Source of the DNA: a virus
Length of the DNA: 59,499 nucleotides
Direction: 5' to 3' (one strand)
IMG/VR virus record: IMGVR_UViG_3300024308_000008
Coordinates: 1 to 59,499 of that record
Of this stretch, positions 19,188 through 26,878 are shown one piece after another. Position 1 is the first letter of the stretch. Each line of letters starts with the position of its first letter. The translations under genes and the position numbers were made by a program. The notes beneath the pieces are model-generated. The model saw nothing but the letters and a program-made list of their open reading frames with translations. It was not told the DNA's origin and did not search any database.

Positions 19188-19423
19188 TTCGGTGCCCCGG
19201 GTGCTGTGATGCGTTTGTGCAGTTCGCCCGCTGCCGCCTCGTATTCCGGCCAGTCGCGGTTGATAAAAATACCCTCCAGTGGCTCTTTGCCTACAGCTTT
19301 GCGGTAGGTGTCTATCGTTTCTTGGATTTCTTCCAAGGCTTCACGTTGGTCGAGTGAAAGGAAAGCTTTGACGTCTTCAAGCTTCAGAACGACATACCGT
19401 TGTTGGAACCTTTTGTCTTTCAT
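19184..19423 (-). CDS. Hypothetical 79-aa protein inside the deazapurine operon
   Basis: ATG 19423 lies 1 nt after the yhhQ-like stop (MKDKRFQQRYVVLKLEDV...). Confidence 0.5.
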   Translation of the reverse strand: MKDKRFQQRYVVLKLEDVKAFLSLDQREALEEIQETIDTYRKAVGKEPLEGIFINRDWPEYEAAAGELHKRITAPGAPK

Positions 19424-19424
19424 A

Positions 19425-19916
19425 TCAGCCCTCGTTGAGAACAGGTTGGTTGCGCTTACGTGCTTCATAAACTGCATACAGTATCGCAGAGGCTGCAAAC
19501 TTCGACAAGCTCATTGCCAGTATAGAGCCCCAGCTAGCGTACCCAATCAAAGTCAAGAACAATGCAGAGTCTACGGGCACCGCTACCAAAGAACTGATCG
19601 CGACCCGCTGGTGGAATGGCTTTTTCGTGATAGTGAAAATGGCGTAATCGAGCATCTCACTGACAGCAAAGGAGGCGACGGAGGCATAAACCACAACAGG
19701 GTCGCCCAACAGGTAGCTGATAACGCACGCGACAAAGATGGCCCACAAAACGTGGTGCCCTGCTGCCCGTTGCGCATAATCTCGCAACACAAACACAAGC
19801 CCCACAAACAGCGCCATCGCAGGGACAGGGCCCAGGGGAGTGCTCAAGGTGGGCAGGTAGCTGAAGCCCAGGTTAACGAAAACAACCATTGCCAAGTAAG
19901 CCAGAATGAAGTGCAT
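19425..19916 (-). CDS. yhhQ: YhhQ/VUT-family queuosine-precursor (preQ0) transporter-like 6-TM protein
   Basis: 'VLRDYAQRAAG', 'SFAVSEMLDYAIFT' and 'VPVDSALF' motifs. The start was moved to ATG 19916 (MHFILAY) to avoid overlap with queC. Confidence 0.7.
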   Translation of the reverse strand: MHFILAYLAMVVFVNLGFSYLPTLSTPLGPVPAMALFVGLVFVLRDYAQRAAGHHVLWAIFVACVISYLLGDPVVVYASVASFAVSEMLDYAIFTITKKPFHQRVAISSLVAVPVDSALFLTLIGYASWGSILAMSLSKFAASAILYAVYEARKRNQPVLNEG

Positions 19917-19974
19917 AGTTTTTACTCTCTTGATAGTTAAGGGCGGGGCTAGGTTTCTTCTAGCCCCGGTGGGT

Positions 19975-20733
19975 TTACTTGTTGGAAGCGTATTCCTTGT
20001 AACCCGCTTCGCGCAGGTTACAGGCCGGGCACTGTCCGCAGCCGTAGCCCCAGTCGTGCAAGGTGCTGTGGTCCCCGTTGTAACAGGTGTGGGTGTCGTT
20101 GATGACGGTTTCCAGGATACCCACCTTTTCAGCAAGCTCGAAGGTTTCCGCTTTCGTGAGGTGCATCAGCGGAGTTACGAACTCGATGTCAGTTTCGTAA
20201 CCTTCGTTGAGGGCGCATTGCAGTTGAGTCACGAAACCTTGACGACAGTCGGGATAACCAGAGTAATCCGTTTCACAGACCCCAGTCATGACGAAGTGGG
20301 CGCCTACCTTTTGGGCGAGGGCGTGAGCTGTGGTCAAGAACAGCGCATTGCGGTTCGGCACAAACGAAGCCGGCAGGTTGGCGTTTTGGCTATGCCGTTC
20401 GTTGACATCAGTCTGTTCGCTACCAGAAACCAGCGCACTGTTGCCCAGAGAACGCAGAGCAGGTATTTCGAAGACGTGCAGTTCAACCCCGAACTTGCGG
20501 CAAATCATCGAAGCACATTGCAGTTCAACGGCGTGCTTTTGACCGTAGCTGAAAGCCACTGCCGTCACGTGGTCGTACAGCTTCAAAGCCAGCCCCAGGC
20601 AGGTTGTGGAATCTTGCCCGCCGGACAACACAACAACAACGTCGTTGTTAAGCCCCGCTTTATTCCGCGGAAGCACTTTGCTCCCCTCAACGTGGAGGAG
20701 GCTTTCAACTTTGCTAACACGTTCGTGATTCAT
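19975..20733 (-). CDS. queC: 7-cyano-7-deazaguanine (preQ0) synthase
   Basis: 'VVVLSGGQDSTTC' PP-loop, C-terminal Cys cluster 'CGQCPAC'. No fused amidotransferase domain is present. Confidence 0.9.
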   Translation of the reverse strand: MNHERVSKVESLLHVEGSKVLPRNKAGLNNDVVVVLSGGQDSTTCLGLALKLYDHVTAVAFSYGQKHAVELQCASMICRKFGVELHVFEIPALRSLGNSALVSGSEQTDVNERHSQNANLPASFVPNRNALFLTTAHALAQKVGAHFVMTGVCETDYSGYPDCRQGFVTQLQCALNEGYETDIEFVTPLMHLTKAETFELAEKVGILETVINDTHTCYNGDHSTLHDWGYGCGQCPACNLREAGYKEYASNK

Positions 20734-20734
20734 A

Positions 20735-21445
20735 TCATTCTACCTTCAAAATTTTGTGAATTTGAAGCTGCACAGTGTAATCGTGCGCCATTGCAGTCAA
20801 AACAGTTTCTTCCGTGTTGCGCCCGTTGGCGATCGGGTCCTGCTCGTCCCTGGGCTGCACGTAAATAATACCGCCGAAGTATTTATCAGGTCTAGCGATG
20901 CAAGGGGTGGCCTGGTGGCCGAGCGCTTGGTAGGGGAGGCCATCTGAAGGGTCCAGGTTGCCTGCTGTAACCACATACTTGAATGCGTCAACGACCCCCG
21001 CAACAGAAGGGTGGAGCTTTGCAGTTTTTGGGCTGCAAACGACAGTCACCATCCCACTGAGGAGGGCTTCGTCGATCTTCATTGTGCCGTTTGTTTCGAC
21101 TTGCACCTCCCAACCAGCGGCAATCAGCGTATCGAAAAGCGGGTACACGTTTTGACGGAAAGGCTCACCGCCTGTTACAACAACCAGGGAGCTTTTACCA
21201 TTTTTCTCGCTGTGCTTATAGTTGATGTTCGCGAGGATTGTCTCGACGCTCATTCTCTCCCGCTGCGACGTGTAATCGGTGTCGCAGCCAGGGCATTGCA
21301 AGTTGCAGCCAGCAAGGCGGACGAAAACAGCAGGGCGGCCTGCGAAAGGGCCTTCCCCTTGGATGGTGTAAAAAATGGAGTGGACTTCAAGAGAGCCGGA
21401 CTTGTTGTGGTCACGTGGCTCAGTAGACTGGGCGTTAGAGATCAT
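20735..21445 (-). CDS. queE: 7-carboxy-7-deazaguanine synthase (radical SAM)
   Basis: 'FYTIQGEGPFAGRPAVFVRLAGCNLQCPGC'. The start was moved to ATG 21445 because the track's GTG start lies inside the upstream terminator hairpin. Confidence 0.9.
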   Translation of the reverse strand: MISNAQSTEPRDHNKSGSLEVHSIFYTIQGEGPFAGRPAVFVRLAGCNLQCPGCDTDYTSQRERMSVETILANINYKHSEKNGKSSLVVVTGGEPFRQNVYPLFDTLIAAGWEVQVETNGTMKIDEALLSGMVTVVCSPKTAKLHPSVAGVVDAFKYVVTAGNLDPSDGLPYQALGHQATPCIARPDKYFGGIIYVQPRDEQDPIANGRNTEETVLTAMAHDYTVQLQIHKILKVE

Positions 21446-21490
21446 TGGTTTGCAGTTTCCTTGTGGTAGATCATTAAATTGTAGAGAATA

Positions 21491-21516
21491 AAAAACGCCC
21501 ACTTGGGGGCGTTTTT
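21491..21516 (-). terminator. Rho-independent (bidirectional-type) terminator upstream of queE
   Basis: aaaaacgccc-acttgg-gggcgttttt. Confidence 0.6.
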
Positions 21517-21538
21517 AAGGATATACGATCAACTGGGC

Positions 21539-22309
21539 TTAGTCCAGCAGACCTGCCGGCATCGGGGTAGCGACGCGACCGGTGATCCCGTTGAAGGTTT
21601 TCCAGCGGGCGTACTGGGTCTTGGCAGTATCCTTGTTCAGACCCTTGGATTCGGCAGCTTGCAGGGCGTAAGCCACCGGGACCGGCGCACCCATCTTGGC
21701 GGACATCGCGTCGAACAGAGCCCAGCACTGACCGCAAGCGGTATCCGGGCGAGGGCGGGTGATGCCGTTTTGCTGGGGCTGGGCGTTCGCAGCTTTCTCC
21801 GCTTCACGCTTGGCCTTGGCTTCAGCCTTTTCACGCTCCTTGGCAGCCTTCTTGGCTTCGGCTACTTTGGTTTTCAGCGGGTCGGTCAGATCGGTGATCT
21901 GTTTCAGCAGCTCAGCGGCGCTGGCGGAAGCTTGCGCCAGGGATTCCACGCTCTTGTTCGAGCTCGCCAGGGCTGCGATTTCCTTGGCGAGAGCCTTGGC
22001 GCTCTTGACGGCATCAGTGGTACCTGCGACGACCAGTTGCACCTGTTCCACGGTAGACTCTGCGTTCAGAGAAGCGACCTGGGTGCCAACAGTGGCGTGG
22101 ACGCCTTGCAGCTCAGTGAACTTGACGCCAGCTTCTTCCAGGGCCTTTTGGCCTTTTTCTTGAGCAGCCTTGGCTTTCAGCTCGTCGTTGGCTTTTTTGG
22201 TGGCGGCAGCTTTTTCTTGCTTTTGAGCTTTAGCCTTTTCAGCAGCCTCTTTCTTGGCTTGCAGGGCAGCGGCCTTTTTTTCTTCCAAGGTCAGGTCTTT
22301 ATTTTCCAT
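21539..22309 (-). CDS. Lys/Ala-rich coiled-coil protein with a C-terminal putative winged-helix DNA-binding domain (KfrA-like architecture)
   Basis: GGAG RBS. The coiled low-complexity body is followed by 'NGITRPRPDTACGQCW...NKDTAKTQYARWKTFNG'. Confidence 0.55.
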   Translation of the reverse strand: MENKDLTLEEKKAAALQAKKEAAEKAKAQKQEKAAATKKANDELKAKAAQEKGQKALEEAGVKFTELQGVHATVGTQVASLNAESTVEQVQLVVAGTTDAVKSAKALAKEIAALASSNKSVESLAQASASAAELLKQITDLTDPLKTKVAEAKKAAKEREKAEAKAKREAEKAANAQPQQNGITRPRPDTACGQCWALFDAMSAKMGAPVPVAYALQAAESKGLNKDTAKTQYARWKTFNGITGRVATPMPAGLLD

Positions 22310-22428
22310 TTCAATTCTCCAAAAAATCAGTGATGTATTTACTTTTGTGCGGACGGTGCAAACTTAGCAAAGGGATTTAATCAAGGCAACCGGCAATAAA
22401 ACCATTTTTAAATATTTTTTCGCCTAGC

Positions 22429-22908
22429 CTACTTCCATACAGTCTGTAAAGCACTTTTGAACTGTATTACAGGCATGTTTTCAATAATCTGCTGTTCCCA
22501 TTCAACCCCTTTATACAGAACTGGATTCTGCCAAAGGCCTTCTTCCATGTTGGGTTCTTTTTTACCCGCTTGATAAGAACAATAACCCTCAATATCCCAC
22601 TCAAGGGCGTAGGCCGCTTGAGCTGCGACCTCTTCAGCGGCCAGGTAAGTCTCGTTCAGTTCATTCGCGTATGCAACCATGAGCCTTAACATTTTGTCGC
22701 GAGCAGGGTATTCGGCGCGAACTTCACCGGTCAACCCTATGTAAAGCATTTCAAGCTGAGGGTTGTTGTAACGATTAAAGGTATTGTGGTCAAGTTCAAT
22801 AACGAGCGCATCATCCTTGCACATAATACAACCCAGGTCGCAAAGCGCCCCGTAATTGGGGTGCTTTGCAACAATTTCCATCTCTTCTTCGTTAATCAAA
22901 ATAAACAT
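22429..22908 (-). CDS. Hypothetical protein
   Basis: 159-aa ORF, co-directional, beginning 8 nt after the helicase stop. Confidence 0.55.
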   Translation of the reverse strand: MFILINEEEMEIVAKHPNYGALCDLGCIMCKDDALVIELDHNTFNRYNNPQLEMLYIGLTGEVRAEYPARDKMLRLMVAYANELNETYLAAEEVAAQAAYALEWDIEGYCSYQAGKKEPNMEEGLWQNPVLYKGVEWEQQIIENMPVIQFKSALQTVWK

Positions 22909-22915
22909 AAGAACC

Positions 22916-25903
22916 TCAGAAAGGTATATCGTCGAAATCTTCTTCGTCCTTTTGTACTGAAGAGTTCATCGACTGGACTACGTTAACCATTGGGGTCGAA
23001 GCGTGCGCTGGTAAATATGCCTCGTCATCGTCGTAGCTCGTGCCGTGATTTTGCTGCTCACCGACGTTGTTGGACAGTATAGCGTTCTTGGTGTAGATCT
23101 GAACCCCAACGGAAGTTGTTTGAGCTTCCCTCTCCCCGAAACGCGAACCGTCGTAGCAGCACGCGAGAACTATAGGCCACTTGACGTTGGTGTGAACCCT
23201 AATCTGTGTTGGCACAGCGAGCTGGTTTATAACGTCCAAAGCATCGTCGACACTTGCAGGCAAAGGCAAGGGCGACCTTATCGTCCACCACTTGTAAGCT
23301 TTGCGCCCTGCCCAATCCGAGTGCTGCAAGCAAACATATTCGACGAACGTTTTGTGACCACAATAGTACGTCACTTTCAAAGTAGGCGGCTTGCTCCTGT
23401 CACCCCTGTTAACGTTTTTCTGGTAAACAACGTTTTCAACGTCGAACACTTCGATAACAGGCATCTGGTTTTTAACCAGCTCTTCGCTGCTGGCAGCTCT
23501 TTTCAGCTTCTCTTTAAAAGTGAACGGGGCGCCACAAAAGCCTATACCAGGCTTGAAAGCAGCGTCTTCTGCTGATACCCCACCGCAGAAGCGCCACGCA
23601 GGGTATTGACCGTCGGTGCCACAAACTTCACAGGACTTGTAAATAGGCGCACCACCTCCTTTTTGACCGGGCCGTCGGGGCACAGCAGGATCGTTGATAG
23701 GCCCAAGTTTGCGACTGTTGCCCGAGAAGTCCAGGACAAGGCAATTCTGTTTATCGCTAGCAGCAATTGCCGCTAACCTTTGCTCCCTGTCCGACAGGTC
23801 AAACCCAGGGGCGTAAACTGGGCGCGTGCCCCGGCCCAACATTTGCACCCACAGCACAGGCGACCCTGTAGGGCGAAGCATGATTATGAGGTCTATGTCC
23901 GGGCAGTCGAAGCCTGTTGTCAACACATTGTTATTGGTCAAAGCCATTAGCTTGCCCGACTTGAAGTCAGCAATAGCTTGGTCGCGCTCTTTGCCTCCCA
24001 TTTTGCTATGCACCGCACAGGCTTTCACCCCGTTCTGGTTCAACAGCGCTGCGAAGTCTTCTGCGTGCTCGACCCCTGCACAAAACACCAGCCACTTCTT
24101 GCGGTCACCCGCTACAGCTAGCGCCTCGTTCAAAGCAAGTTGGTTGGCTTCAGCTTTGTTCACAGCAGCTTGCAGCTCGCTCGAGATGTATTCCCCTCCG
24201 CGCTTACCTACACCAGAAACGTCAAGCTGCATCTTGGTGCGCTTGGGTATCAAAGGCATAAGGTAACCTTCGCTGATAAACCAGTTGAAGTATTCAACGG
24301 AGGAGCCGTCAAACACAATGTGGTCAAACATTGCGCTAACACCAAGCTCTTCGTCACCTTCCTGGCGAACAATAGGACCGAAGCCCATTCTAAAAGCTGT
24401 AGCGGTAAAGCCAATGATTTTTAGGTAAGGGTTTCTCTCACGCAAAGCAGCAAAGAATGCCTGGTACATCGTTTGGTCTTTGGGTGAAATCAAGTGGCAT
24501 TCGTCAACAAGTATTAAAGAGACGGAGCCAAACAAGTGTGCTTTCTTTGCGACAGAAGCAATCCCAGCGTAAATAATCTGGTCGTGGACGTCTTTCTTTT
24601 TCAAACCAGAAGAGTAGATACCCAAAGGGGCTTCTGGCCAGAGCTCTTTCAGTTTAGCGGCGTTTTGGGCGATAAGCTCCTTAACGTGCGTCAGCAACAT
24701 GAGCTTTTGCCCAGGCCACCACTGGCAAATAAGTCTCATAAACTCTGCCAGGCAAATGCTTTTACCTGTGTTGTGGTGGACAATAAAGTCGCTTGTCAAA
24801 TACAAATGATCAGAGTCCAAAGTAAAGCCATAGAAGTCATCTTCAGGTAAAGCTTCTATTTCCAAGCCTGTGCAAAGAACATCTTTGATCTGTTTGCGAG
24901 GAGACGCCTTCTTATAGCCTAGCCTAACGGGTATAAGGTCGATATCCCCGCTCAAACAAACGTTGTAAGCTTTGGATATAAATTTGCCGTTCAATGTTGC
25001 ATCTTTTTCAAACAAAGTAGCTTGCAACCCTAAGCTACGTGCAACAAATCGAACACCTTCCGAAAGGTCTTTGGATACACTTGTGAAGGTGTAAGTATTC
25101 GATTTGTCGTAATACCCATCTGAATCTAAAAGCCCTGCGAGCAACTCGAGACGCTGCTCGCGGCTTGCCACCTTGTAACAGTCAGGGATGAAGTGAGTAT
25201 AACTATTAGAGCCCCATAAACCCAAGCTATCAAACGCTCGTGTGAAACGGTTACCTTGCTCAGTGGGGTCTGAGATATACGTGTACCAAGCCGAGTCGTC
25301 CTTCTTACTCTGTTTAGCGACACAGAAATTTTCTTCTTGTGCGTAAGTTTCCCACTCTGCCCAGATCTCCTCTTCGCTGCCTGTATAGCTAAGAGTAGCA
25401 GCGTTAAGGAAACCGTCGCCCAACATAAGCCCGAAGATATACGCAGGGACGGGTTGGGCTGCCTGCGGAAACTCGACACCTACCCTGCGTAGCTTACGAA
25501 TATGCTGGAACCAGTTCGAACCAAGCTCGTATTGGTTAACTGTCACTGTTTCAATTTTACTTTCAACACCACGACCAGTCGCACAAACTTTCATGCTCAG
25601 CTTGTGGTCACGGTTAACAACAAAAGACTCCCCTTTCGTGGGTGTTATGCGACGCATCTCTTGCCGACCTCTCGCCAAAGCCAATACGTTGCGAGGTTTG
25701 CTATCAGGACCCATAAGCTGGTCGCCAACTTGAACATCTTGAACCAGTTTAATGGAACCGTCAAACATGAGTATTTCGGAGTCCTTGGCGTGGCACCCCG
25801 TTGGCAGAACAACCACGGGATTGCCTGCTTGAGATTTATGCTTGTCAAAATACCGAAAAATGCTGTAAGTCGCTTCAAGCTGATAGTCACGGGGTTTGAG
25901 CAT
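22916..25903 (-). CDS. SF2 (DEAD/DEAH-type) DNA helicase precursor containing an intein. The predicted mature form is ~653 aa and ends in an acidic ...EEDFDDIPF tip.
   Basis: Motif I is split 'VVVLPTG|C...HN|TGKS'. Motif II is 'LILVDECH' and motif VI is 'QMLGRGTRP'. ATG 25903 was chosen because it lies 1 nt after the upstream stop. Confidence 0.85.
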   Translation of the reverse strand: MLKPRDYQLEATYSIFRYFDKHKSQAGNPVVVLPTGCHAKDSEILMFDGSIKLVQDVQVGDQLMGPDSKPRNVLALARGRQEMRRITPTKGESFVVNRDHKLSMKVCATGRGVESKIETVTVNQYELGSNWFQHIRKLRRVGVEFPQAAQPVPAYIFGLMLGDGFLNAATLSYTGSEEEIWAEWETYAQEENFCVAKQSKKDDSAWYTYISDPTEQGNRFTRAFDSLGLWGSNSYTHFIPDCYKVASREQRLELLAGLLDSDGYYDKSNTYTFTSVSKDLSEGVRFVARSLGLQATLFEKDATLNGKFISKAYNVCLSGDIDLIPVRLGYKKASPRKQIKDVLCTGLEIEALPEDDFYGFTLDSDHLYLTSDFIVHHNTGKSICLAEFMRLICQWWPGQKLMLLTHVKELIAQNAAKLKELWPEAPLGIYSSGLKKKDVHDQIIYAGIASVAKKAHLFGSVSLILVDECHLISPKDQTMYQAFFAALRERNPYLKIIGFTATAFRMGFGPIVRQEGDEELGVSAMFDHIVFDGSSVEYFNWFISEGYLMPLIPKRTKMQLDVSGVGKRGGEYISSELQAAVNKAEANQLALNEALAVAGDRKKWLVFCAGVEHAEDFAALLNQNGVKACAVHSKMGGKERDQAIADFKSGKLMALTNNNVLTTGFDCPDIDLIIMLRPTGSPVLWVQMLGRGTRPVYAPGFDLSDREQRLAAIAASDKQNCLVLDFSGNSRKLGPINDPAVPRRPGQKGGGAPIYKSCEVCGTDGQYPAWRFCGGVSAEDAAFKPGIGFCGAPFTFKEKLKRAASSEELVKNQMPVIEVFDVENVVYQKNVNRGDRSKPPTLKVTYYCGHKTFVEYVCLQHSDWAGRKAYKWWTIRSPLPLPASVDDALDVINQLAVPTQIRVHTNVKWPIVLACCYDGSRFGEREAQTTSVGVQIYTKNAILSNNVGEQQNHGTSYDDDEAYLPAHASTPMVNVVQSMNSSVQKDEEDFDDIPF
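24770..25795 (-). mobile_element. 342-aa intein with a LAGLIDADG homing-endonuclease core, inserted in the helicase Walker A loop
   Basis: The first residue is Cys (TGC, 25793-25795). The last residues are His-Asn (AAC, 24770-24772) and the +1 extein residue is Thr. LAGLIDADG motifs are 'IFGLMLGDGFL' and 'LLAGLLDSDGYY'. Removing the intein restores PTGTGKS. Confidence 0.85.
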
Positions 25904-25904
25904 T

Positions 25905-26825
25905 TTACTTACCGTAATAATGGGCCATTTCGTAATGACTGCAACCTTTAAGTTGCTCCTCGACGTCAAGTGTAGCATTAACCACACTGTGCCGACAATG
26001 CCACTTGCCATCCTCTTTTGCTATCGAGTATCGGCAGGTGCGGCAGTTTCTCAAAGGTTCTTCACCTCTGTAGCAAACACCCGCAAAGTCGCACATCTTG
26101 CATTCGAACCAGCTTGCGCCTTTATTGCTTAACCCAACAGGCGCTTCGTCCGCCCCTGCAATTTGATCGGCACGGTCGAGGAAGTGCATTGCCACCACTT
26201 CATCGTACATCACAATTTCAGCATAGATCTCGTCTGTGTTTTTGTTCGTTGCAAGGTAAAGCGATGCCCGCAAGTCCATCTTGTTCATGTAAACTTGCTG
26301 CTGAACATAGTGCATAAATTTGGATTCTTGCACCCCTTCTTTCTTGAGCTTTAAGAAGGACTTTTCGCCATGCGTCTTCATTTCAGACAAGATAGCGACG
26401 TTCGGGTCTTGTAAGTCCGGGCAGCCTACAACTATGCCGTCTGTAGCTGAGCCAACGTGACCGCCGAAGCTGCTGATGCGAAACTGCTTACCTTGCGCGT
26501 CTTGCTGGTATACCTTCATGCCTGCTGTAAGTAAGGCGGCGATAAAGCGACCTTCCTCCATGTGGCCACGGTTGAAAAGCCTTAAAATACGACCAGAATG
26601 TTTACCCTTGATCACCCAGCGGAACTGGAAGAACAATTTCCGAGCACAAGGGTCGCCGATGGTGCTCAAGCCCAAGTGGCTTCGTGTCCCTTCGCGAGGG
26701 TCGAAAGCATCGCTGATTGTGGGTATAACTCGCCCCAACCATTCACGATATTTAGCACCTTGGTCTTTCTGAATAGATTGTTCAATTGCGGCCATTGTTT
26801 TTTCGGCCAGATAAATGTGAGCCAT
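25905..26825 (-). CDS. PD-(D/E)XK exonuclease, Cas4/RecB-like, with a probable Fe-S Cys cluster
   Basis: 'SATDGIVVG...AILSEMKTHG', with Cys in 'GDPCARK' plus 'ECKMCDFAGVC...CRTC'. Confidence 0.65.
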   Translation of the reverse strand: MAHIYLAEKTMAAIEQSIQKDQGAKYREWLGRVIPTISDAFDPREGTRSHLGLSTIGDPCARKLFFQFRWVIKGKHSGRILRLFNRGHMEEGRFIAALLTAGMKVYQQDAQGKQFRISSFGGHVGSATDGIVVGCPDLQDPNVAILSEMKTHGEKSFLKLKKEGVQESKFMHYVQQQVYMNKMDLRASLYLATNKNTDEIYAEIVMYDEVVAMHFLDRADQIAGADEAPVGLSNKGASWFECKMCDFAGVCYRGEEPLRNCRTCRYSIAKEDGKWHCRHSVVNATLDVEEQLKGCSHYEMAHYYGK

Positions 26826-26835
26826 AGTAACTCCG

Positions 26836-26861
26836 AAAAATAAGGCGCCCGGAGGCGCCTT
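26836..26861 (-). terminator. Rho-independent terminator after the SSB gene
   Basis: The minus strand reads aaggcgcc-tccg-ggcgcctt followed by attttt. Confidence 0.7.
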
Positions 26862-26878
26862 TCAGTTGTGTCCGAGGA

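Noticed and set aside
19917-20135. Long N-terminal extension of the YhhQ-like ORF (track 19425..20135)
   Set aside because: It overlaps the queC C-terminus by 160 nt in another frame and is Thr/Pro/Arg-rich. The TM protein starts cleanly at MHFILAY (19916).
21446-21502. Track start (GTG 21502) for queE
   Set aside because: The GTG lies inside the stem of the 21491-21516 terminator hairpin. ATG 21445 (MISNAQ...) still precedes the conserved radical-SAM N-terminus.
21503-22333. 276-aa + strand ORF antisense to the coiled-coil gene
   Set aside because: It is a low-complexity mirror frame of a Lys/Ala/Glu-rich gene. The minus-strand ORF has a GGAG RBS, a terminator and a recognisable C-terminal domain.
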